The notes under the pieces are model-generated. The model ran no database searches, was not told where the DNA came from, and worked only from the letters and a program-made list of their open reading frames with translations. The position numbers and the translations under genes were made by a program. 64,000 nucleotides of DNA from Selaginella moellendorffii (lineage: Eukaryota; Plantae; Lycopodiophyta). The stretch is taken from assembly GCF_000143415.4 (NCBI RefSeq), contig NW_003314315.1:1053514-1117513 (forward strand). Reading direction: 5' to 3'. Shown piece after piece: positions 26,180-38,663 of this stretch (the first letter of the stretch is position 1; the number at the start of each line of letters is the position of its first letter).

Positions 26180-29100
26180 TCTTTTGGACATATATGTCCG
26201 AGGTCCATCTCGAACTCCATCTTGGGTCCATCGCAGATTCCATCTCGGACTCCATCTCAAGTCCATCTCGGACTCCATCTCGGGTCCATCTCAGACTCCA
26301 TCTCGAACTCTATCTTGGGTCCATCTCGGACTCTATCTCGAGTTCATCTCAGACTCCATCTTGGACTCAACCATATGTCATGTGTTGGTCCTCTTGTGTC
26401 CCTTTTCTAGAGACTCTTTTATTGCTCACTTTGTGCTCATTCCTTGAATACTTCGTTGGGAGTTCCACTCCTGCTCTTGACTTTTCAAGTCGGAGCTTTT
26501 AGTCTAAACGTGTTATGCTTGTTTGGCTTTCGCTTCAGCCACTACCACGTGGCACTCTTTCGGCTCCACTTTGGGGCTTAGGGATTTATGTCTCACAACT
26601 CCACCACCCATAGACGAAGTTCAATATCCTCATCGAATGATAAATTATTTTATAAAGTAATACTAACATGTATTACCCTTTCCATCCTTGCCACCTAACC
26701 AATATTCGTCAATAGTTTGACACCGAAGGCTCACCATGCCTTGTCCATCCTCTAAGGAGCATAGTCTTTCCAAGGTCCTGGAAGACCTACTCAAGTGCGT
26801 CACCCACGTCATGGGATATAGCTCTTCGGATGAGCGGTAGCTACAAATGCAGGACAACCTGGTGGAGCTCATTGTAGCCTGTGACATCATTCATCACCTC
26901 CACAGCTTGTTTACACTCTTTGACAGGCCACAGGTTGAAGGGGCGCCCTTCCCACCACCCGTACTTCTCGGCCTCAAGCTACTCGACACACTAACGTGAG
27001 GAAAGATGTTGACAGCAGCACAGTCTCCATCTAGTATGGCAGCTCAATTCTTCTACTTTCAAAAGTTGATGGGAATGAAGAGGCTGGCTGAATTACAGGA
27101 GTTGCTGTTTGACGAGCTTGAGAGCAACTGCCATCCACCAGACTATGCTTCTAGCTACAGCGAACCTGCCAAGGACCAGTTAGTCAAGGCTGACCGCACT
27201 TCCAAATTGGATGCAGGAACGAGCAATAGGGATGAACTGAGGAGACCATCGTACGTGAGTAAATCTGTCGGCTTTCTTCTCGTGGCCATTGCCGAGACTG
27301 GAGTGGTCGGCCTTCCCTCACTACTTACCGCTATTACATTGCAGTCTAATCCAAGAGCTACTTCCAACTTAAAGACTCATTTGACCATTTGTGGTGGTTC
27401 TCTGCTTTTATTGGTTTAGTTCTCACTAAACTTGTTAGAGACACCTTCTCTATCTCAATCCCACTACTCATTCTTGAGTAGTCTCAGTTTCCATTGATAT
27501 AACCTTTGCACTTTGGAACTTTTAATTTTGACTTCTCAGAGTCAATTTCCTGGGTGTCTCCGACACCTTACATTGCACCTATTGTGCAACTCCAGTTTCA
27601 CATCTTATAAAGTTCTTTACCTGAGGGCATCATCATCCTCTTTTCTATTTTGTGCCACCTTTGGCACTAAGTTCCAGTTATCATAATTTGTGCTAGGGCT
27701 ATCTACGGCCCTATCATTTAGTTGGAGCTTCCGCTTTCACCAAATTGGAGCAATTGAGAATCCATCCTTGGAAACACATTGGCCTCCCCACAATCCATCA
27801 GCATCCAACACATTAGTGTTTTTAACTTAACTTTGCCATTTGGGTTCTGTCCCATGATTCCCATGGCTCTTGTCTTAGCCACTAGTCTTTTGCTTTTATT
27901 TATTGATTATTGCACTAAATAACATAAAATCACTACTTTCATCCTTGAGGTATTCTTTTGATTTCATGGCAAAACCTCCACTTTGCCAAATCCAGAGAGT
28001 GCTCACCCTTAGTAAGTCTCTTTAGTATTTTCTGCTATGGGCTCCATCCATGGCCTAACTCTGTGACCCTTCCATGGGTCTCTCCTAGAGATTATTTTCT
28101 TTGAACTCATTATGCCATTGCATTCACATAGCTCATTTCCCTTAAGTGTTCTTCCCACTTGGTCACCTTGACCAAGCTACACCATTATCATTAATTCAAA
28201 TTAATACTTTGAACTAGGAACCTTATTCATTACCTAAACAAGGACTTTGTCCTTATTTAGACATAAGATCACTTAGTGATCTCATTTTGGCACCTTAACA
28301 AGTTTGTCAATAGATACTAGGTCTTTTAGACTTTTAAGTGTTTGACCATGACCTCGAAGGCATCCCCCATACTTGGCGGTGTGCCCAAGCCAGCCCTTCC
28401 AGCCAAGGGTCCATAGCAATTGAGACTGGGTGTCCCCATCTCATTCACCACGTCCTTGGTGCCTCTTTCACCAAAGTGTTCAAATTAAATATGCCAAACT
28501 TTCACTCTAAGCAATCTAACCATGTATCACGACTCCCAGGCATCCCCTGCTTGGCGGTGTGCCCAAGACAATCTCCTCACTGAGAGTCCATGACCACCGA
28601 AATATGAGTGTCCTCATATTCCAAACCATCACCACGCCCTAGGACCCAAACCCAAGCACTAAAGGGTTGGGACTCGAACCCAACCTCCGTATATGCATCT
28701 ACGGATGGCATCACCTAGGATGTCAGGCATAACTCCCCACGCGGTACACCAATTTATACCTAAAGCGTGCTACAGATCAAACTTTAGGAACATAGTTCCT
28801 CTACATTGCCAAGTCCTCTCACTTGACAAGTCTATGATCATGTATAGACTCTTTCATACTTGGCCCTATGGGCTGCCTTTTTTGAAGTTAGCACCTTCAA
28901 CTAAGGTACTTGTTCCCCCAACTTGCTAACCTAGCTTAGTAAGTCATCTGACTATCGTAACATGGTTCATACATAAGCGTGAAAGTCCTTAACCATTGAC
29001 TTTCGTTCAAAGCTATCCCTTTGAACACTCAAGAATTACTTCCCCTACCTTATGGCAAGCTCTAAGACCACACTTCTGCTATGCCACTCTGATTTCGCGC

Positions 29101-32100
29101 ATTCTATGAACCATTTACATTTGGTTTTCTAGGTACTAAACTACCTAGAATTGTCTTTGGGCACATTGAAGGAACTTTGTCCCTTAGTTTGCTAAGGCCT
29201 CTCTTTTCACAAGATTTCTAATTGCTATATAGTTTAACATGGATAATTCTATATTTTAGACTCTCCATGGCATCACGATTACTAGTAACAACACGTTTGA
29301 GCACCCTCTTAATTCTCCACTCCCAACTTACATAACCACCCTTGGTTATGCCCTTTGATTAATATGATTCGGTTCTATCCCTTTACTACTTGCTTTTGGC
29401 TTCACACATTTCTTTCGGTTATTCTCCTCCAGACTAAGAGAATAGCTTTGCACTTTCTACCATGCCTTAGCAAGTATTCTTAGGGATGAACTTACCTGAT
29501 AGCTTAGGGCGTGGTTCTTCAATCCGGGTACGCTCACCTTGTAATCCTACACACTGGGATTATTGTTGTTACTTATGGGCCTTTATATGCCCATCATTAG
29601 CCTTGCCAAAATTCCTTTTTGGCTTTGTCCAATTCAGATAGACAGACTACTCTTATCTTCGCAACTTTGGACATTGAATAGCATTTATTACCCATCATTT
29701 GTTAAAGACTTAGTCCCTTGGGCTTTATCTAATGCCCTTATAACACTAAATACTACTTCTTAGTGTTTTAGAGCATTTGGGTGTCCTAATGATGGCCTCT
29801 TTCAATGAGCATTCCCTTTATAACATTGACTTACTATATCGTAACATAAGCAATTTGTTCTCCATAAGGGTATATCCAACTTCTTTATCCCAATAAAAAG
29901 TCTTAGATAGTTACTTTCTGCCAATTTAACCAATTATTTTGCACCTTTTGTTTAGTTGCCTCATAGTGGTCAAGTCCTACAACTCATTGTTGGTGCTTTC
30001 ACACCTCCGTCATTATTTGGGTCACCATACTCCAATTGCATTCTTTCCAGCTTAGGCTATGCCATTCCCATTTCCACTAAGGTTCCTTTGGAAAGGAGTT
30101 CTTATGAACTCGCCAATTTAACCTTAAAGCATCATGCCTTGGCACATTCAATGTCTTCACACCATCAGCTCCATGAGCCTACCCTTATGACACTTCTTAC
30201 TTGTGTCTAAGTCTTTTCCAAAACTAAAACAGTTGTTTCTCATACCAACTATCTATTAGTATTGCACTATAGAGTTTATGCACAATTTTGTGTCAAAGTT
30301 GTTTTCTTTTCTGGGGAACACCTTTCCCACGACTTTAGTATAGCATATTCTACCATCAATGAGATACCCACTGTTCTCATACTTGGATTTTATGATCCTC
30401 CCCATCCTTCATGGGGCACAATACACCTCAATCTAAATGTTTTTACCAATACCTTAGGACCATTCCTTGACTTTACTTAAGTCATCTAGCATTTTTGGAT
30501 TTTGCTAATCCAATAACCTGTAAGGTTCTATTTTTGAGGTGTCAGTTTGTTGAAATACAACTTTGTGTATTCATGTACAAGGACCATCTTTGCAAGTGTT
30601 GCTCTAACACTTGATTATTCCTCATTTTCTATAGGCTACTTTTGCTCCTTAGGACTATCCATCCATATGATGAGAATACCGACTCATCTTCTGAGCACAC
30701 CCCCAACTCCTTGGGTTTGTTCCAACATTTATAAAAGGTAACCCCGACTATCATTTCAAGGACTCATGTCTTCATCCATATTTGACCTCTCACGGTCATT
30801 AATTCCGGTCTCCAATTCATGAGCACCAGCCTCAACTATATGAGGATAATCTTGTGACTCATTTATTGTTTTGGAGTCCTTATCTTTCTCGTGATCCTAA
30901 CTATAGTTGTTTACGTCAATTACATTAATCAATTTGCTAAGTCAAATGCTCATCTAGATCACATCCTTAACTCTCTGAGAAAAACTTTATACTGTTCCCA
31001 AGATCCCAAAATTATTCCATTATTGGCCCTTTTCTATCTACCACTTCATCTACAAGTTCACACATGAACTATAGTGGAGAGCCATGTCTTCCCGACTTAC
31101 TACTCCCCAAGGATAGGCCCACCCCTAGGACCTTCCGATACCAACATCAATAATGATATACTTGAGCATCAATAAAAGTCAAACTAAGGAACAACTCCGA
31201 TACCAAGTTGTAAGTGACTAAATTTTCCATTCTACTTTAATCACTTAACCACACCTCCGACCACTTGGAAGAGTTTCACTCACAACCTCCATAAGTCCTA
31301 TTTTGGACTTGGGGACTTGCTAGCCCCAAGAATGGCATCCATACCACTCAACTATTGCACTTGGTCCAAGTGCTCCACATGTCTGATCCCATGACTGACA
31401 CCTAATGTACCATCAACATACCAGCCCGTTATGCTAAGGCCATACCCATTCACCTTGGTCACACTGGTGGTTCAACACCACCTGCATCACAGTCCCATCT
31501 CTCAAAGACTGGGCCATCTATCCATGAGTGACCATCCTAGGTCCACTCATTAACATCTTTAAGATGCCTGCAAACATAGGGAACAGCCTTCCCCAATATC
31601 CATTTTACAGTCCCCACCAAGTCCCTTTTTTGTCCATGGCCGTGTTCACCAACACTGGCATTGGGGCAAGGCCCACAAGCCCGACCACTAAGTCCCACTA
31701 TCCTCTAGGATTTTCTCACCACATGACCATATCCTTGGTCACTATACCAAAGGACCATTCCTCTTCCTTTCTATAGTTTGGGATTTTGGAACAACATTTT
31801 GGAACACCGTGGCCCTATGTGAGCTTCATGGGTACTCTCCCTACCTTTTGCCTTTGGGTGCTTTAGCCATGGGCTTAGAGCAAGGTTTTGTTGAGCCACA
31901 CTAGGTATCCAAGTAGGTAATGCCACCCACACTTGGATTAGGAGCATTGGCCATCGATCTCCCGAGGGAACTAGAGCCGGCTCTTGAACACTTCACCAAG
32001 CTACCTTATTTGTCGATCTGTATTCACTTTAGCTTTGGACATCTCAATGGTTATCCCATCACCCAACACCTAAGTACGGCCTTCTTGGGCCAAATTGGCC

Positions 32101-32849
32101 TTTCCTAGCCAAACTGGTTCCACTAGAGTCCTCCCCCTACTATACTTTTGGAGCTCACCAAGCCCCCCAAGGTCTGGGAGACAAATGCTTTGGGCTTTCA
32201 CCCTTGGACTCGAACTTGAACTCAGACTTAGACTTGGACTCGGGCTCAGTCTCGGCCTCAGCCTCAGTCTTGCTCTCGGTCTCAGTCCCACTCTTGTTCT
32301 CGGTCTCAATCTCGGTCTTGACCTTGGACTTTATCTCGGGTCCTTCTTGGACTCCATCTTGGGTCCATCTCGGACTCCATCTCGGTCCATCTCAGACTCC
32401 ATCTTGAGTCCATCTTGGACTCCATCTCCGGTCCATCTCGGACTCCATCTTGAGTCCATCTTGAACTCCATCTCAGACTCCATTTCGGGTCTATCTCGGA
32501 CTCCATCTTGGACTCTATCTCAGACTCCATCTTGGGTCCATCTCAGACTCCATCTCAGACTCCATCTTGAGTCCATCTCAGACTCCATCTTGAGTCCATC
32601 TCAAACTCCATTTTGAACTCAACCACGTATCATGTGTTAGTCCTCTTATGTCCCTTTTCTAGAGACTCTTTTATTGCTCGCTTTGTGCTTGTTCCTCGAA
32701 CACTTCATTGGGAGTTCCACTCCTGCTCTTGACTTTTCAAGTCGAAGCTTTTAGTCCAAATGTGTTATGCTTGTTTGGCTTTCTCTTTGGCCACTACCAC
32801 ATGGCACTCTTTCAACTCCACTTTGGGGCTTAGGGATTTGTGTCTCACA
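26180..32849 (-). mobile_element. Family B long-LTR non-autonomous retroelement (3' LTR truncated)
   Basis: Full 5' LTR 31209-32849 (TGTAAG...TCTCACA); PBS TGGTATCGGAG at 31195-31205; partial 3' LTR ~26180-26597 ending TCTCACA with adjacent PPT-like GGGTGGTGGAGT on minus; no intact ORF inside. Confidence 0.82.
26760..27370 (+). pseudogene. Captured host gene fragment, SCAPER-like (S-phase cyclin A-associated ER protein homologue)
   Basis: One frame with two stops: LQMQDNLVELIVACDIIHHLHSLFTLFDRPQVEGAPFP...VAIAETGVVGLPSLLTAITLQSN. Resembles plant SCAPER-like motifs LFALYDRPQVEGSPFP and AISETGLVSLPSLLTAVLLQAN (recalled). Confidence 0.72.
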
Positions 32850-33677
32850 CTAGTTTGGCCAAGAAAGGCCAATGTGACCTAAGAAGGCTATGTTCACATG
32901 TTGGGTAATGATATATCCATTAAAGAGTCCAAGGCTAGAGTGAATACAGATTAACAAGTGGGGTAGCTTGGTGAAGTGTTCAAGAGCTCGCTTTAGTTCC
33001 CCTGGGAGATCGAATGGTCAATATTCCTAATCCAACCATGGGTGGCACTACCTACTTGTATACCTGATATGCTCAACGGAACCTCGCTCTAGCCCCATGG
33101 CTAGAGCACCCAAAGGTGGAAGGTGGGGAGAGTACCCATAAGGTTTGCGTAGAGTCATTATTCTGAAATGTTGTCCCAAAGTCCCGAACTGTGAAAAGGA
33201 ATCCTCTTGCGTAGTGACCAAGGATACAGTCACATGTGGAGGAAGTCCTAGAGGACTATAGGACTTAATGGTTAGGCTTATGAGCCTTAACCCAATGGCA
33301 ATGTTGGCGAACACGACTATGGACAAAAAAAGACTTGGTGAGGACTGAAAAAAGAATATTGGGGAAGGCTATTCCCCATGTCTACGGGTCTAAGGATGTT
33401 AAAGAGTGGATCTAGAATGATTACTTATGGACAAATGGCTTAATTTTTGAGAGACGAGACTGTGATGTAAGTGGTGTTCGATCACCATGTGACAAAGGTG
33501 AATGGGCATGGCTTTAGCATAACGGGCTGATATATTAATAGTACCTTTGGGTGTTGGTCATAAGATTGAACACGTGGAGCACTTGGATTAAGTGTAAAGG
33601 TTGAGTGGCATAAATGCCATTCTTGGGGCTAGCAAGTCCCTAAGTCTGGAATAAGACTTATGGAGGTTGTGAGTGAG
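32850..33677 (+). repeat. Older inverted family B LTR fragment (continues at 46160-46230)
   Basis: Reverse complement of ~31275-32115; interrupted by element A2 at the GTGAG target site. Confidence 0.8.
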
Positions 33678-36587
33678 TGTCGCAAATGTGACTTCAGGTA
33701 TCGAAAGTTACCTGTCGGCTAGTCCTTTCTGATATTCTTTCCTTACTACCACGACGGCAGGAGGTCGATATTACTAGACTCATTATCAATCTCCACCTGA
33801 GCTAGTTGAGAAACTGGTCATCACATGTGCACTTAGACCGGAAGGGCACTAAGGAAGGAAATCCTAAGTTGTCATTTGTCAAGCAGACTTGACACAGTGA
33901 TGAGAAACTTATGATGTTGACTTGCACTTGCTAGTGTTGGGAACCCCTGCGATATTGAGCTTGGTCCCTCAATATCGCTAGATGATAGCTTACCGTGTCT
34001 GCCAAACACCCTCGCTATCATGCCCTTAGCGTTAGTCTCAATTCGGTCCCAAATGTTATTTATGGAAAGTGTCCAGATTTGCTCATTTGGCATATCTACG
34101 GAATGTAGAAATCGGCCTGAACACACTAGTGTTCATCCCATGTCCAAATTCGCAATCTAACGCCATTCCATATTTAGTAGATTTCGAGCTTGTCCCAGAG
34201 ACTAACTCCTGATACTAAGGGAGGCTTGGGGTGAAAGCCCAAAGCGTGTGTTCCTTAAGGGGGGGGGGAGGCTGTGGGGGGTTCCAAATGTATAGTAGGG
34301 ATAGTGGGTAAGTCGGGCATGGCCGACCAACCTGAGGCATAGTTTAGCTCCCGCTTGGGTGCTTGTCCTTGTTCTGCGTTTGGCTTGGGTCTAAGCCCAA
34401 GTTCTATTCCATGCTAGATGGTGGAGTACCCATATTCTCACGTTAAGCCACCGGTATGCCGAAATAGTGCCAAACTTCGTTTAACTCCATTTTGCGTGCT
34501 AGTCCTGGCATTGGGATGCTGGTTGCTCCAGGACTGTTCCAAGTCACTCCGGCCTCCTGTCCCTTTGCTCCTTGAGCTGTATGCTCGAGAGTTGCTCCAT
34601 GGTTCAATTTCGTCACTCCTTGGCTCCATGCTTAGGAGTTTGGCACTGTTCCTTTGTTCAATGGCCCAAGGCCCTAAGCCTCGGGTTCCACACCGTGTTC
34701 CTTTGGACACGTGGCATCTATCACGTGGCACAAAGAGGGTTTAGGTTCCACTTCGTGGTGTTATCCTATGGTAAATCACCATAGGATAAAGGGTCAAAAC
34801 CACGTGTGCTACATTTGGTATCAGAGGATGAGTCTCAGCGAGTACTATCCAATGAGATTGGGCAACTAGTCTTGTTACATACGCAGAGATGAAAATGATG
34901 ATCCGAGTGGGTACACGTTTGGATACTAAGATTTCACATTCGTTTCCTTGGGTATGGATTTTGGTTACCTTTTTGTACCACATTGTATGAGCTTGTTGTT
35001 GGGCTCATAAGAGGGATTGCGTTGTTCCGTTTGCACGAGTTTGCACTTGGGCTTGTGAGTGAGGCACATTAGCAACTCAAGGTTGCACTTTGAGTTGACA
35101 GGATTAATGTAAGCCTATCGGTGGTTCCATGAATTGTTCCAGTGGTTCCATGAGTTGTTCCATGTACCATGGGTGAAAGTAAACCTTTCCTGGGTTTGCT
35201 ATGAGTGGCAAATAGGCTAGTTCATAGCTATTTAGCATGGCACTAGTGGATCCTTCCTAGGCATGATTATGAGTGGATCAATCAAGACTGTAGGGATTGG
35301 TCTATTGGTTCAAATAATCATTGCCATGCTCTCTCATAAATTTTTCTTTTATTGGACTGAAGGTAGTGCAAAAGCAAGCTTGAGGTTTAGTCAAAGATGA
35401 GACCGAAAAGAGAGTCGTCAGGGATAAAGGATCAAACACGTAAATCATCTTCTCTTCTTGAAGAGATGATTTGCAATGAAGAGTGACTCATTGCTCGTGT
35501 TCACAATATGCAATCAAGAGTCCTTACCTTGATGCATGTTGGTTATGATGGTCTTACAAATGATGAGTGGGATGGATAGTAGTGAAGCGCTATACCATTT
35601 TGTCTAGGCTTGCTATTGGAAGACTTGGGTTACAATGCTCAATTTTTTTTCGGGGAACCCTGCTATTGCTCCTTGAGTAGCTTGGTGTTAGATTAATTTT
35701 GAGTTTGGTTGGAAAGAGAGTGGCATGAGCTTGTACATGTAGTTAGTGGTGTTAAGTGTTGTAAATCTCTATCGATAAGGTGTGGCTTTTATGTAGCATT
35801 TTGTCGAATTGAGTTAGCACTTGATATTCATATAAACCTTTGAAGTAATGACATGGGTGTTGCTCGTGGTGTTGCTCAATTGATGATCAATTCGTTGTGA
35901 TACTTATATCATATCCATGTGATAATGAGCAATGTGTTTACGAAGTTGCTTGGGTAAATGATGATCAACCCCAAAGTGGTTGATGGTGAAGCTAGTCTAC
36001 TTGCACAAAGTAGCATTGTAGTAGCTTTGACTGAATTCTCGATGATGATCCATTATGCTAAGCTTAAGTTGGTTCCTTGTTCCTTGAGGGTTTGCCCATA
36101 AGGTGTTGGAAAGGGTTATAGGATTTACTTGCTATGGCTTGTTGGTTTATCTGTTAACACTTGGAGTAGATTGTTAGATGGAAAAAATGTGTAGTTGAGG
36201 CATTGACATTACTAACACTTATGTTAGTAGAAGTGGCATTGTTATTTCGAGTGATGAGAAATTTTCCTTAGACCTTGATTTTTCATGTCATTTTTCTTGT
36301 TAGTGTTTTGGCTTCACATTAGATCTTGAAAGTGGTTAAAGAAAAGTGTTAGTGCAATGTGGATATCCGAAGATGTGGTCTTTGTGATCAAGCCTTGGAT
36401 GTTCACTTTGCATTTTGCAGATGTCAGTGTTGGATGTCGGAAGTATAGGCAAAAAGATGTTTGAAGCTTAAGCATACTATGATGTCAGTGTTGGATGTCG
36501 GAAGTATAGGCAAAAAAATGTTTGAAGTTTAAGCATACTATGGGTCATGAGAATTAGTGTTGAAGTGAACCTATGTGAAATTGTAGA

Positions 36588-36782
36588 TGTAAGGTCCTGA
36601 GTTTGGACTTCCTGGGAGGTCACCCAGCCCAGTACTATTCAAACCCAAGGACGCTTAACCCTAAGTATCCCAAGACCCTTAACCGATTGGAAAAGAGGGT
36701 GCACTCTTGTTCATGGGCCCTTTCCCTTTATATTTGAAACCCTATGGATCGTCTCTCGAATTGTTCCCTTTGATTGCTTACA
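36588..36782 (-). mobile_element. Cassandra-type solo LTR
   Basis: Reverse complement of the 194-bp TRIM LTR including the 5S boxes; absent from the equivalent position of A1; degenerate TSD GTAGA/GTAAG. Confidence 0.88.
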
Positions 36783-38663
36783 GTAAGTAGGAAGAAGTTG
36801 GTTGAGTTTTGAAAGCTTGCATTCTTGGACTGAAAGTCATTCTTTCTCTAAGATGGAAATTTTCCACAAATTTTCTTAGACTTTTCCAATGGCTGATCTA
36901 TTGATCATTTTTATCGAAAACCATTTCATTTTCGTAAGCCAATACAAAGTAGTGAAGGGGTTAGAGTTGACTTCGATTAGCTTAGACCTTAGTAAGTTTG
37001 TATGATGCGGCCCGAAAGGGATGCTAACTTTTGGGGCTAAAGCAAGAATTTTGTTGGATGGTGAATCTTATGTTTTCCAATGATTGTGATCTTGGTGGTT
37101 CCTATACTGTAATATTAGTTTATCGGATGGTAACTTACTTGGAATAATTTTGTGTTCTAATCTAAGCTTTTTTCACTAATAATTAAGTCTTTAAGATATC
37201 ATTGTTTATGACTTTGATATTGTCCATCTATTGATCTTTGAAGTTTTGGCCAATACAGGCAAACTGGCTTTGGCACTTCGTATGTATGGTGAAATCTTTA
37301 GTCATGGGGTAGCTACTATCGACTGGTCACATCACCCGCCTCTCTGTCCATGTTCCTTATTCCGTTAAAAGGGCGTGACTGTGTAAACAACTCTTATTGC
37401 CTGTTTACAGTAGTTTACCTAAACTTTACCGACGGGTTTGGTTTCTTTACTCAGGAGGATTGGGGCTTCTAGCTTCTCTCTCTATGTTTTTGTGGGTAGG
37501 GGCATATCACACTTTTGTAAGCTGGGTGACTCCCAGAGCAGCAAGGGTGGCTGACTCCGTTGGTCATTTCCTTGTCGGCGACGGCTGGAAGTGTCTGAGT
37601 TGGTAGCACATCCGCATTAGACAAAGAGGTTACCCCCTAACTCATTTAATTTGGTGCATTTCTCACATAGTGTGAGTACCGTGAACTTTTTTCTGGAGTT
37701 CTTTCCTTGGCGGTATTCTAGATTGGAGTATGCATTGACAAGGATGTCGATCTTTGCAAGGGGGGGAGAGTGTCGCAAATGTGATTTCAGGTATCGAAAG
37801 TTACCTGTCGGCTAGTCCTTTCGGATATTCTTTCCTTACTCCCACAATGGCAGGAGGTCGGTATTGTTGGACTCGTTATCAGTCTTCACCTAAGCTAGTT
37901 GAGAAACTGGTCATCACATGTGCACTTAGACCGGAAGGGCACTAAGGAAGGAAATCCTAAGTTGTCATTTGTCAAGCAGACTTGACACGGTGATGAGAAA
38001 CTCATGATGTTGACTTGCACTTGCTAGTGTTGGGAACCCCCGCGATATTGAGCTTGGTCCCTCAATATCGCTAAATGATAGCTTACCGTGTCTGCCAAAC
38101 ACCCTCGCTATCATGCCCTTAGCGTTAATCTCAATTCGGTCTCAAATGCTATTTTGTAAGCGACTAAATTTTCCATTCTACTTTAGTCACTTAACCACAC
38201 CTCCGACCACTTGAAGGAGTCTCATTCACAACCTCCATCAGTCCAATTTAGGACTTGGGACTTGCTGTCAAGACCCCCAACAAGATCAAGACTGGAAAAT
38301 GCTAAAGACAAAGAGAAAAAGCTAGTGAAAACAAAGAAAAGGCCTTAGACTGGTGTTGATTCAGATTGTGGAGAAAGGGAACAAGGCTAACCTATATATA
38401 CTATAGGTTGATGAAGCTCCACCACTCTTGGATCGAGGACGGCCTAAATACAGCTGAGGTCGAGGAGGCGCCACATCATCATCAGGAATGTGGCTCGAGA
38501 CTCAGGAATCGAGAAGTGTCTCGAGACTCAGGAATCGGGAAGTGTCTCGAGAGTCAGGAATAGGGAAGTGTCTCGAGAGTCAGGAATGTGGTCTACAGGT
38601 CAGGAATCCGGCGAGAGTCAGGAATGTGGCAAGAATTGGGGGATTCCTGACAGCACCCCCTCC

